From Eledone cirrhosa (lineage: Eukaryota): 64,000 bases of DNA. The stretch covers positions 122,326,001 through 122,390,000 of the forward strand of contig OZ024743.1 in NCBI GenBank assembly GCA_964016885.1. The letters run 5' to 3'. This document shows, piece by piece, positions 27,530 to 40,945 of the stretch; positions within the stretch are counted from its first letter, which is position 1; every line of letters begins with the position of its first letter. The position numbers were made by a program, and so were the translations under genes. The notes beneath the pieces were generated by a model. That model made no database searches. It worked only from the letters and a program-made list of their open reading frames with translations, and was not told where the DNA came from.

Positions 27530-28879
27530 AAACGAGATATTAAACGAGGTATATAATAATGTTTATGCGGTGGGTTGCCTGCAACAAGGGTTAAAAGTTT
27601 GAGAAAGGCTGCTATAGAGTTTCTTATTTTCATGGTTGCCGACTAGACAATGGAGTCAGCAAAATATTATGTTGTAATCCACAAATAGATGATAACTTTT
27701 GGAATATTTTCAAGCTGTAAATCTTATTAACTTTGGAAGTTATTATTGCTTGGAGGTATCATGGAGGATCAAGAAATATAATAGTTTATTTTTGTCATAA
27801 TGTACGAGTAACATAATTGTCACTTTGGTTTCGATTGTAAAAATTGAACAATTGTCAGAATGACAGATAAGCAAGAATATCTTATTTCATACAACTTCTG
27901 AAGTTACACGGTATTTACCCTTGGAATAACCTCTATAAAAATACGTGTAAAATAGGTATCAATAGAATAACTCATTTTGCCTCCTCTTAAGTTTGTTTTC
28001 GATGTTTTATTTTTTGAAAGTTCTGATAAAATATAGGGCTTATGATGTAACCAAGGTGAAGCTGTAATAGCTTTATTATCTGAGATTTCATTAAAGTAAG
28101 TTGTGTGCAACTTCAGTGTGAAGCTGAACTCGTAAACCTATAGTTAAAACGAATTCCACTGAACCCTGTGGCATTAATAACACACGTACTTGTTATATTT
28201 CACATTGATACTCCGGATGAAATAAAAATGAGAAATATAACCAGTACGTAAGTGTTTAATGTCAAACGTGGTCCTTCAGGGTACAATGAGATTCGTTTTA
28301 CCGTTTCAACACACATTTTCACAACATCGCATACAAAGTATATCTATAAACATTTTTTGGTTTGCTATTATATTTTGGACTATAGATACTGTCACAAGAT
28401 AAATGCGAAAACTTATATTTCAGTTTTCTTATATATGTAGAGACAAGTTCACAAGTATTTCTTGCAGAGATCGCTGGTTCTTATGTTAACATGTAAAGGT
28501 CTGAAACAAGAGTAAAAAAGCACCAATGCTTATTGTATAAGCATTGATTATAAATCAATGGGTGACAGTAGTTCCAGCTGCACGCATCGAAATGTGTAGT
28601 GGCTCTGAGAACAATGCGGCTTTACAGATGATAAATGCAAATTGACAATGGAAAGGCGCTCCCGCTCGAGTTAGAAGAGAACTATTGACCTTCAGAAGAA
28701 GCTGCGACTCCTGGTTGTATTCAGCAACCGAAACAAATACGAAGTACACCAAATACAATGCTCCTAGGGGCGGCCCTGGTTCTTCTTATTTGCGAGTGTA
28801 AACTCGACCAGATTAGATTAGATTATTAGATGATTATAAATTATATTTAAGCATTTTAGTCGCAACACGTCAGGTCCAA

Positions 28880-30740
28880 GATAAGGGATTTAGCCTCCTC
28901 GAATGGGAAGGGGGTTATTCTGTCGGGGAGTTTACCATCACCACGGTCGAGGCAAGTTGGCTCCAGTTATGAAGAGAAACCGGCTGAGTCGATGCGAGTG
29001 CATTAATCATCAAAAAGGGTACCGGTTGATAAGGAAGGCACCAGATTGAGCCATGCGCTACTGTTTGGTTGCAAGACGGATCGGAGGTAGGCGAGACGGT
29101 ATTGGTTCAATGAGGATTCAATTTACTCGTAGGTAGAGGTGCATTTGATGTCGACCGAGTTACGTTGGACATCAGCAAGGCCTTTGTCGGTCCAATTGGC
29201 CAGTACTGACTCCAGTTCCTGGGGCACATCATGGAAATTGAGGAGAAATAGGCCGAGGCTACCGAATTTCATTTCACAGGGTATTTCACCTGTGGCCAGC
29301 TGGCGCTGTTGAAGCTAACATTGCATATGAGTTCAGTACAGAACCAAATGGTGGCATCGAGTTCGACAGGGTGATGTGCGAGAGGGTAATAAGGCACATC
29401 GTGTAGCATGAAGAAGAAAAAGAGAAGAGTGCCGGGTGTGCATCGACGAGGCGCAATCTCTCCGTTACCCTCGACTGGTTTGCATGCTTGGTCTCCAGGT
29501 ACTCTCGCATGGTTTTCGAGAGCATTGGAGAGCCGAAAACGTAGATGGCGTCTTTCGGCCTCTTGAAATTCAGCTTGCCATGGCTTACATTTACGACCTT
29601 GGTCTTAGACGGGTTGATCTCGTCCTAGGAGCTTTAGGGTTGAAATGACTTGCTGAAGGTTCCCAACATACTCAGCCGGGTCACTCAGAGTTGCATCGTC
29701 TTGATACCAGACATTGAAGAGTGAGCAGACTAAGAGGGTAATGTCATCAGCAGTCGTCAACTCAAAGAGGAGCGGACGAGTGGGTCCCCTTGCTGGAAAC
29801 AAGTGGCAGATATGACTATGATATCAGCAGTCATGAGTGTACTGGATGTCCCACTGAAGATGTGTGTCAGAAGGAGTATCGATGTAGCACGTCTTAATCA
29901 CGTCTCTAAGATGTAATCTCGCCTAACGATGTTGAAGGCATTTCGCATGTTCAGCTTCACTATGAGGTGACGAAAGAGGCGTGTTTTCTATGAAGTGTCA
30001 AGTTGCATAAGCAGTCACCTCCCATCCACACTTAACTCCCACTCCCAACTGGACAGGGCTTAGTACTTAGCTCAGGTCGTACCTGACTGACCAGCAGCCT
30101 ATCATGGCCGCAAGTCACCGAAAGACGTTGCCCACTGCAATGAGACGGATACCTCCGCCATTCTTCTTTAATGCAGTTAGGTTGGTTGAGAAGAGAAGAT
30201 TACGGGCATGAGGGGGGAAGTCGGCTTGGAGAAGACTCTTCGTTAGAACAATAATTGACTGGAACAGACGTTCTCCCGTCTCAGTGAAGTGTGGAGATAT
30301 TAGATCGCTAGGGTGATTGGGTCACAGGCCATCTACTCCGTCACTGCTGCTCTCTGGGAAGGATATCTGTGTATTTATCACGTCTTCACTGAGCACTATC
30401 AAGGCAATGTCAATGTTAGGGGTTTGGAAGTCCCTGATATCAATCAGGGGCTCCGGTTGCTTGAGTCGGAGAGAGGCTAGGACATCCAGTGTGGGCTGGA
30501 GTACTGTGTCACTCGAGGCCAGCACATGCACTGCAGCAGAAACGTCGCCCCGAATTATTTTACGATTGACTTAGTCACGGACGTTTTTCGCGCAGTCGGA
30601 AGAGGACTGAGTGTGCGATGTCGGCACAGGTGGGCAACATGAAAAAGGCGAGAGGCTGGTTGGTGAGGGGTTGCAGAATGAAGTGATATTGCTTCTGAGT
30701 CTCGAAGTCAAGGAGGGTGCCGAATCCTCCCTGTCATCGG
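28880..30740 (-). pseudogene. Decayed CRE-clade non-LTR retrotransposon RT
   Basis: LTALKKNGGGIRLIAVGNVFR, RNAFN, QQGDP, WYQDDATL, NSSAWLNLVPS motifs in order. Confidence 0.75.
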
Positions 30741-31394
30741 GATAAGGGTAGAAAATGGACCCTGAATGAATGAATTTTCATCTATTTACTATCTTTGCAA
30801 TATTTCAAAATCTTCGCAGTTATGGAGAACATTAGTCTCATACGTTTATTTTCCTTTCGTAATCAAATCAAAATCTCAACCTTAACTAACTTTTGTAAAT
30901 GTTATTGTGAAAATAATATTATGATCAACTAAATATCTATTTTTAGTGATTTTTATATTTTTTTATACACTTCAATAGAAAAAAGGAAATTAAGAGACAT
31001 CTACTGCACCTGCAATTATTATATTCTTAATAAAACGTGTCAGGTTTTATCGAGTAAATGCGTTGTCGTTTCTACTATTGATGTATAGAAAACTTAGAAA
31101 ATTAAATTTATCTTCCATTTTTATGTTCATGGTTTAAATATCTTCAAAGTAAGATAGACGGTGATGGAATTAAAGAAGTAATATGACATAATTCGATCAT
31201 GCAAATAGGTGTGTTATGAGGCTAAGAACGGCAAAATTATAACGTATCATATCTCATTAAGAGAAGCAGCAGTGTTCGACAGAAAAACGTGATTTTCTAG
31301 CAAGATGAAAGTTTATTCTATTATCATCAAATACTTGCTTTTATTAAGAATCGATTATAAAAAGAAATGTTCTAGTGACTGATGGATACCAATG

Positions 31395-32019
<625 letters not shown>

Positions 32020-32020
<1 letters not shown>

Positions 32021-32400
32021 ATATATTCTTCACTTAACACACAGTAAAAGAAGCTGATTTTGATTGAATTAATCCTGCCATTTGAAAATAGAATAGACGA
32101 AGCACACGTTTTCAAAACCGAGAAATATGCCTGTTTGGCTAGCAGCCCGAAGGAAGCCATATTCCGGGGTAACGTTTTCATCAGAAGGTTTGTAGGCAAA
32201 TAAAAAAGGTAGAGAGGAAGAGTTCCAGCTGGATCTTGTCGAGGAGGAACAAAAGTGAAATCCATGTGGTTTAAGTGCACAACAAGTCTCCGATAAAAGA
32301 TGTCAGTAGAAGGACACCTTTGAGTGTACGGAGTTAAGTGCCGAAACACTTGCAGTGTTTGTTCACTGAAGAACTTCTATGGTACAGCTCTCCCGAGAGT
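32020..32400 (+). mobile_element. RLE-type LINE (HERO/R2-group-like) 3' fragment
   Basis: [31 protein letters not shown] resembles the IELxxPxE...K..KY restriction-like endonuclease motif. Confidence 0.55.
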
Positions 32401-32700
32401 TTCTTACTATTACTACACGCATGCGCACACATACACACACAACACCCACCCACATGCATATATATAAGCTTCCAGATTATGCAATGAAGATAAATGGTGG
32501 ATATTGAATAATATTAATCTCCACAACAACAAAGCACTTAACATTCGGATAGATTTTAGTGAATGTCAAATGACATATGGCAATTGTCGGTGTAACAAGA
32601 GGGAGAAGGATTCAAGCATTGGTAAATATAATGTTATAATCAAGGAATTATTAAATAAATCATGTCATTTTATACTCTGTTACAATGGTAGTATTAGTAC

Positions 32701-32800
32701 GCCAAGGTTGACTTTGCCTTTCATCCTTACGGGGTCGATAAAATAAAGTACCAGTAATGCACTGGGTAATTGCTGGCCTTGTGCCTAAAGTAGAAACAAG
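32701..32800 (+). mobile_element. SINE family A, 3' half
   Basis: Central domain match. Confidence 0.8.
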
Positions 32801-32834
32801 TATTAGTAGTATTAGTAGTATTAGTAAATTTAGA

Positions 32835-32921
<87 letters not shown>

Positions 32922-33000
32922 TATTATAAGAACAGATTAAAGTTTAAAAAACTATGAAGTTTCGTTTATATGTATTTAAATTTTTTTGTGTATCGACCTG

Positions 33001-33086
33001 TACGTGCGTTTCGCAGAGGATTGTCTCATTGTCACCCATAGGAGCTATGGGCCTGACTCCATTATCGATCTGCTCTTCAGACTTGT
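33001..33086 (-). ncRNA. Hammerhead ribozyme motif with long stem II, in a 215-bp insert between (TA)n tracts
   Basis: Minus strand: CTGAAGA-GCAGA...GTCA.CCCATAG-ctc-CTATGGG-TGAC...TCTGC-GAAA-CGcaCG-TA. Confidence 0.65.
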
Positions 33087-33144
33087 GATGCGACAAATAC
33101 ACTCTGCCTGTGCATAGAGTACTTGTTTTGGTACCTACATTATA

Positions 33145-33176
<32 letters not shown>

Positions 33177-33282
33177 AAACTGTGTGTGTGCACAATTTCA
33201 TCTGGTATAAACTGGACAAGATTATTTTAATGCTAAGAAATAGAACTACTCTTTTTCCGTAGCATTATTTTAGTGGATTAGG

Positions 33283-33656
33283 AGGCGGTGGATTGGCAGT
33301 ATCGGTGGAGGGTCGGACGCCATGCTTTCCAACATAGTTACGTCCCTTTACGATCTGAGTTCAAATCCCGCCGAGGTTAACTTTGCCTTTCATCCTTACG
33401 GGTCGATAAAATAAAGTACCAATAATGTACTGGGTAATTACTGGCCTTGTGCCTAAAATTATTTTAGTGGATTGGCAGTATCGGTAGAGAGTCGGACGCC
33501 ATGCTTTGCAGCAAAAAGTTACGGCCCTTTATGATCCGAGTTTAAATCCCGCCGAGGTTAACTTTGCCTTTCATCCTTATGGGGTCGATAAAATAAAGTA
33601 CCAGTAATACCACGGGAAAATTGCTGGCTTTGTGCCAAAAGTAGAAACAATTATTT
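33283..33656 (+). mobile_element. Two tandem near-full-length SINE family A copies
   Basis: GGCGGTGGATTGGCAGTATCGGT...GAGTTCAAATCCCGCCGAGG...; second copy starts near 33468. Confidence 0.88.
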
Positions 33657-34475
33657 TAATTTACAGTTTCTAGTTAGATGCCAGCAGTTTTCTAGCATCG
33701 TTGCATAGCTTGACTACCTATATAAGTGTTCATGATTTTATGAATATATTTATTGCAAGAAGATATTTCCGAGCAAATAGGCTATTTATTCTATGAAAAG
33801 GGCAATATAATTCTTCTTGAAGAAGGAGATATAAATGCTGTAGAGCAATAATTACGTTGGCAGCGAAACAGCTTTGTATTGAAGCAAGTTTACTACAATT
33901 ACAATGCCACCGGGGAAAAGATAAACGAAAAACTTGCCATTTCTACTCCTTTACAAATACCATACTAATACAAACAATCTCAATGGTGTTATTTGATAAT
34001 GAATATTTGTACACTTTAAGGACTGCATATTGTTACTCTTTATAACACATTTAGGATTACTATTATTCCCTTTTAAAGTTATTTCCTTGTAAGCGGTAAC
34101 TATTCACATTTATATAAATAAAATTATATTGAAAACACGATCGTGATCAAGTATTTTTATTAGGGGGTTTTCATATTTCCTCTAAAGTCCTTTAGAACAA
34201 TAATGTTCCTAAATAAATGTCTATTAATTTTTCAAGAAATTCGCAGCCTCATCTTCAAAATAAGAATGGTTGTATTAGTGGTGTATTGCTCACGTGTTTT
34301 GCAGGGGAATCGCAAATCATCAAGGGAGTGCTAACAAAATCCTGCTTGTTTGAAGCATGGCAGTTTTTATAACTGATTTCACGTATGCTGTAACTGTGAT
34401 AATGTTTTATGGTCTATATTTTGATACTAGTAAAGCCTCCGCAATTCTTCTCCTTGTTGGATTCTATATAGAATT

Positions 34476-34665
34476 ATAATTGTTTCTACTTTTGGTACAA
34501 GGCCAGCAATTATCCCAGTGTATTACTGGTACTTTATTTTATCGGCCCCGTAAGGATGAAAGGCAAAGTTAACCTCGGCGGGATTTGAACTCAGTCCGTA
34601 AAGGGACGTAACTATGCTGCAAAGCATGGCATCCGACCCTCTACCGATACTGCCAATCCACTGCC
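34476..34665 (-). mobile_element. Full-length SINE family A copy
   Basis: Reverse complement of the complete consensus. Confidence 0.88.
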
Positions 34666-35904
34666 AAATTATAATGTTATCAACTAATGTTTCTCTAATT
34701 TTGTTACACGGATCAACCAATGAGAATGTGTCGTGCTCATGTGACAAATGAATGTTAGTCATGAAGTTTACACTTTCAGTTTACATTGAAATTTGTATAT
34801 TATAACTGTCATCTGAAGTACCTTCTGTTGTTTGATAGTTAGTGATTTCTTATTGATAAGATGATTTATTCATTTTTTTGTAGTATATTCTAACTATAAG
34901 TTTGTGGTTAGGATCAATGTCTCTTGTGTTTTATTTTATGAGCTTCCTAATGACATATTCCTCTATTCTATAACTAGGGTGAATTTCGTTTTGTAGTTTA
35001 CGAAATGTGTATTTTATGTAAGCTCCTAACACCTAACTCATAGTTAGAATATACTACGAAATACCAACAAGAAAAACTAATAAAAATATCAAAATACCTT
35101 AATACAAAAGATGAAACTTGAGCAATATCGTGTTTTCAATACAACATACTAAAAAGAAAAGCTGTTCCCTTCTTATGCATTTATATAATCTATGGAAAAT
35201 ATCTTATCGTCAACGTACAAGCAAGGTTTATTATTGCTTGTTTCCGTAAATGTGATAATTTGGTAGCATAATATTTATAATTTCATCAATTCTATCTCTC
35301 TATCAATTTGGTTTATCTGAATCAGTGAGAACATAAAATCCTTTTTTTACTAAGAATATGAGGCCGTATATATATATAGCAAGCCTGAAGCTATTGCAAT
35401 CTTATTATTTTATAAATCAATAACACTAATGATGTTTAAATTTCAACAAATATTCCCGCATATTTTCTAGTAAATTTAACTTCGCATTATTTACTCTTTT
35501 TCACTGAAAAATATTCAATTTTCATAAAGCCTACTTTCCTTGTAATGGGGTCAGATGCTTCAACACAGTTATGTATAAAATGAAATTAGACAAGTTAATT
35601 TCAAATAAGAAAGATTAAGAAAAGTTAAGTAGAGTCTTATCTAGAAGTAAATTTCCTTATCAGAATATTCCTATATAAATTTCAGCTATCTTATAAACAT
35701 AATTATTTTAAAGCCATTTATATTTTGAGAAGAGTATGATAAATACTGAGAAACATCTCTTAATGGCTGCCAAATCTGACACTTTTAAATAGTATATAAA
35801 GACATTGTATGTAATGAGATACAAAATCAATACAACCATGCATTCTCAGGATGTTTAATGTTATACTTACTACATCACAATGTTGTCATAAAAGAGATTC
35901 TTTG

Positions 35905-36235
35905 ATATGACTGGCACTCCGTCGGTTACGACAATGGGTGTTCCAGTTGATACGATCAACGGAACAGCCTGTTCGGGAAATTAACATGCAAGTGGCTGAG
36001 CATTCCACAGACAAGCGTACTATTAACGTAGTTCTCAGGGAGATTCAGCGTGACACAGAATGGGACAAGGCTGGCTCTTCGAATTACAGGTACAAGGCAT
36101 GTTTGCCAGCTGAGTGGACTGGAGCAACGTGATAATAAAGTGCCTTGCTTAAGGACACAACGTGCTGCCGGGAATCGAGCCCACGACCTTACGATTGTAA
36201 GCCGAATACCCTAACCACAAAACCACGCACCTTCA
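35905..36235 (-). mobile_element. tRNA-derived CORE-type SINE (family B)
   Basis: Minus strand tRNA-like head (GTGGTTAGGGTATTCGGC...GGCTCGATTCCCGG) followed by CORE-like GTGTCCTTAAGCAAGGCACTTTA; diverged copy at 40113-40385. Confidence 0.75.
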
Positions 36236-37187
36236 CATATATGGCTTACAACTAATTCACAACGAAAAGGGTTTTCTGTATATTGTGATCACGTTAAATT
36301 TCTGTTATATTGATATTGTTATGAATTTTTATTGTTGTTGCTTTTTTATAAAACATAAAAATCAAAATTTTAAAGTGAAAAGATATATATATATATATAT
36401 ATGAATTATGAGCCTACGGGAAATAGCATTAATTACCAATGTAAACCCAGTTACTTTCAACTCGTTGGAAATCTACTTCTGCTCCCCGGCGTTTGTATCT
36501 AATCATATTTATTTCATAAGGCTCAAGGCCGAAATTTAAAGTACAATTTCTAAAACCTACTTTAGTATATTAATTATGTTATTGGCTTCAGACTGATTTT
36601 TCAGTTTATTTTAAATGACGACTTTAAATACTGTAAGATGCTCTATTGCTTTGATAAATATACTACATTTATCTATGCTAATATTAATATTATTTCATCA
36701 CTTTAAGTCGATAAAATAAATACTATTTGTTGATGTTTTTTGTGGCTTATGGATCAAAAGCATTGTACTGTGACCATCCTATATTTTTCCTATGTGCATA
36801 TTAGAATTATATCAAGGTTCTAGAGGTGCAGCAAAATTTATAATGCAGGATTATACAACGTATGGCATTATAAAATTGGTGTATATTTGGACGAAGAAAA
36901 GACAAATAAATTATGGGTATAATTCGAACATTGAAACAATAACAAGTCATATTTTTGTATGAAACTTTGTATAATGTTCCCCCTTTTAGATTATTGATCA
37001 TCTGCTTTAGTGAATAAACCATGATAATTACATTAGACACATTTACGGAGTGCTCATTCACGGAGATGCTAAAAAATAGCTTATAAAATAGGGTGAAGTC
37101 ACTTGACGGAAAAAGGGGTTGCCATTAGCCGCTATGAGGAATCAAATCCCATATCTACCAGATACTGGCTAGGTGCTTTAAACAAAC

Positions 37188-37188
<1 letters not shown>

Positions 37189-37259
<71 letters not shown>

Positions 37260-37260
37260 A
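37189..37260. repeat. (TATC)n microsatellite
   Basis: Direct observation. Confidence 0.95.
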
Positions 37261-37267
37261 TGTAAGT

Positions 37268-39987
37268 TGGTAGATAGTGTAGAAGAGGCAATTAGAAGCG
37301 GCGACGTGGCCAGAGTGCTAGCGTCGAGAACGGCCCTGGGCCAGTTCTTCTACGCGAAACACGAAGGCTGCATCGTCCGAAGCAAAATACGTGCTCTGGA
37401 AAACGAGGGGACCAAAGCTGTTAGCTGGGCCCGCGTGACAGAAGCCAAAAGAGGGATTAGATCCACTATCCGGTCTTTGCGAGACCAGGATGGACGGGTG
37501 ATCCTTGAACCTAAGCAGATGTGCGAGGCTTTTCAAAAGCACTTTGCCAGATTGTTCGGAGGGGGCGGGGAGCCGGTTGGGGAAGTGGACTTCGGTCCAT
37601 ACCCCGACGGCCTGCCGCGTCTCTCGGACAAGGAGGCGAAGTCCTGCGAGGAACCGATTTCAGCCGCTGAGATAGGACGTGCTGAGCCAATGCGGCAAAC
37701 GCAAATCCCCGGGTCTCGATGGTCTTCCATACGAACTATATCTAGCTATGCCGGACTTGTTCCCCGATCTCCTCGAGGCGGTCTACTGCAACTGGCAACA
37801 GAACGGGAGAATTCCCTGTGCTGTGACCAAGGGCGTAGTCCCGCTAGTGAGGAAGGACGAGAACAAGGGGGACGATATAAATAATTTCAGGCCCATAACT
37901 CTGCTAAATACAGAGTTACAGATTTTGGCCAAGGTGCTAGCAAAGAGGTTGGCGCTTGTTGTGGGCAACCTGGTGGGAGATGCGCAGACATGTGCTTTCC
38001 CGTCCAGGTCCATCCACGACAACCTCCACCTCATGCGATACATCATAGAGAGGGTTGGGAACGAACCCGGCTTTGGTGGGGCCCTGATCAACTTGGATCA
38101 ATCTAAGGCGTTCGATAGGGTCGACCATAGTTACCTGGATGCGGTGCTAGCGGCGGCAGGCTTCGGACCCGTTTTCAGGGGCTGGATCACTGCCATGCAC
38201 AGCAGCTGCATCTGCTCTAGGGTCAAGGTGAACGGCTACCTCTCGGAGCCGTTCGAAATCGCGCGGTCCATCCGACAAGGGTGCCCTCTCTCCTCCATTC
38301 TGTATGTAATGACTCTAGAGCCACTGCTGCGGAAGTTGGAGTTGTTGCAGGGCATCCCGTTGGAACCGGGATTGCGGAAAGCGGTGTCGGCCTACTCCGA
38401 TGACGTAACAGCATTGGTGTCGACGGCCTCGGAAATCGGGGCGATCGGCACCTTACTGGAGGAGTACGAAAGGTTTACAGGGGCTAAGCTGAACCGGGAC
38501 AAGTCGATCGGTCTGCAACTCGGCACGTGGAGGGGCAAATCGATGCCCTCTGATGGCGTCGTCAGGCGCTGGACGGAGGGCCCGGTGAAGTTGCTCGGGG
38601 TCTGGTTCGGACCAGATCTCCAGGTGGAGAAGAACTGGGGTGAGGTGACGAACAGGGTGTTTGCACTGACCCAGAAGTGGGCCGAGTGCAAACTGTCCCT
38701 GAAAGGTCGGGCAGAGGTGGCGAACACTTATATAGCGTCCGTCATCTACTACCGCCTGACCGTCGTGCCTTGCCCAAGGGAAACACGCGCACTCTTCCAA
38801 TTCCTTTGGAAGAAGCGGGCTCCTATGGTGAGGAGATCCATCTGCTGTCAACACCCATCGAAAGGAGGGCTGGGGGTGCCGTGGCTGATGATGCGTAAAC
38901 ACGCATTAAGGCTACGGCACCTCCAGGTATTCCTCACCGGTCAACCGGTGTGGGCCCCGTTTGTGAGGCGAGCCTTTCCCAGACTCGTCTCGCTCACCGA
39001 GCTGCAATCCTGGTTCAAGCAAAGACCGAGAAAACTGGGCGCCTGGCATACCGAGTGTGCCCAGGCGCTTACGGCTCTCTGGCAGGCGAACCCGGCTGTC
39101 AGTGGAGAATCCACCTCGTCATTCTATAGAGGGCTGGTGGTTAGCAGGTGCGACGACGCCCTCAAAGAAGCCCTAGGCATGGAGGAAAACGAACTGGCCA
39201 ACCCCTGTTCGGTAGGACATTCAGCCCGGGATCTATGGATAACTTCCAGAGAGAAAGGCTCTACAGACACGGACGCCCGGGTAGGGATCCCTAGAAAAAG
39301 ATCTGTCCCAGATGCGCGTGTGACGAGGAAACCGTTGCACACGCATTGGTACACTGCTCGGGCATTGCCGATCTGTGGGGCTATGTCGAACGACTGCTGT
39401 CACGGGTGGGACCGATCCGGTTGACCACCGAGTTTATTGTAACGATCAAGCCGCCTCCCCTCTTCAAAAACGAAGGAGAGGCGGTGTTTCTGTGCGTAAT
39501 AGCCATGGCGAAAGAGGTTGTATGGTGGACGCGTCTGAAAGGACTGAGGTCAGACCCCTTTCTCTCTGGCCAACAACTGGTCCGTTTCTTCCGATATCAT
39601 TTCGGAAGAAGGATCAGGATGGAGAGAGAGGTGCTGCACCCCAGCCGTTTTTATGAAAGATGGGTGAAAGTGGCGAGAATGGCCCGTGTGAATAGGCCTT
39701 CACTCTACATCAGACTGTAGGTGAGAAAGATGAAAGATCAAGGGAGCACCCTCTCTCTGTGCTCCTGAGGAGAAGGGTTGCACACTTTTTCGGGGGTGTG
39801 TGCGACCCCCAAGGCGCCTCCTCCCTATTGAGGATTTTGTTATTCAATATATTTTTGTTATATTTTATATCTTAAATTTTTATATTTTGTTATTGCCTCC
39901 TCCTTAGTCAGGACGCCTTTTTATGTAAACTCCCCCTATTGTACTTGTCCCACTCTTTGACGCCCTGGTGGCAAATAAAAAGAAAGT
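37268..39987 (+). mobile_element. Tx1/L1-clade LINE copy 2, 5'-truncated, 15-bp TSD
   Basis: KSPGLDGLPYE, NFRPITLLN, DQSKAFDRV, RQGCPLS, YSDD; TATCTATATGTAAGT at 37253-37267 and 39988-40002. Confidence 0.92.
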
Positions 39988-40112
39988 TATCTATATGTAA
40001 GTAAGTATGTCTGTCTGTCTATCTGTCTGTCTCTTTTTCTCTCTCTCTCTTTCTCTCTCTCTCTCTATATATATATATGTGTGTGTGAGTGTATGTGTGT
40101 GTGTGTGTGTGT

Positions 40113-40385
40113 GCGTTGGGCCTCCGTCGGTTCCGACAACGTATGTTCGAACAACGTAATAACAAGTAAGTAGCTGAAGATTCCACAGAAACGTACACCA
40201 AACATGTCACAGTACATAGCAAGGCTGGTTCTTTGAATTAAAGGAAGAACCAATTTTTGCTAGTTGAATTGATAGGAGCAACGAGAAATAGGGTTTTGAC
40301 TAAGAGCAGAACATGTCGCTGAGAATCAAGCTCACAACCTTACGACCGTAAGCCGAAGATCCTAACCACTAGGCCATGCGCATTC
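40113..40385 (-). mobile_element. Diverged SINE family B copy
   Basis: Shares CTCCGTCGGTT and ACCTTACGA...TAAGCCGAA...CCTAACCAC with 35905-36235. Confidence 0.6.
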
Positions 40386-40601
40386 ACACATGCATATACA
40401 GATTACACGCTCTCTCAAGTACATGCATATTTTGATCTCTATCATCTTCCTCTTATCCATCTCTCCATATAGATTGAGTGCGAGCATGAGAGGGTGAGGG
40501 GAATAGAAAGAGAGAGAGCTAGAGAGAGAGAGAGGGAGAGAGAGAGGGAGAGAGGGAGAGGGAGAGAGAGAGAGAGGGGGAGATATATATAGAGAGAGAG
40601 T

Positions 40602-40639
<38 letters not shown>

Positions 40640-40945
40640 CCATCATATGCATGCGTAATAAGAAGAACGAAAATATGTTTATAGATAATAATTTCAGCTT
40701 GACATCTTTTCAAGAAAATAAAAATAAAAAATTCATATGCAAGACAAGATGGAAATGGAATTACTGTTGGAAGACAAGCATTCAGCAAGTCATTTTCTGT
40801 ATGTTTATGGAATTCTATTTTTGTATGTGGCTTAGCATTTCTGATGGAAATTTAGAGGCAACATATGTCGCATTCATACATCAAATTATGAGAAATTTAG
40901 CAAATATATAACGTACAGAATTACAAATATAATAATAATAATAAT

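Noticed and set aside
33283-33380. SINE heads as tRNA genes
   Set aside because: Only A/B-box-like motifs are present, with no cloverleaf, and they are always fused to the SINE body.
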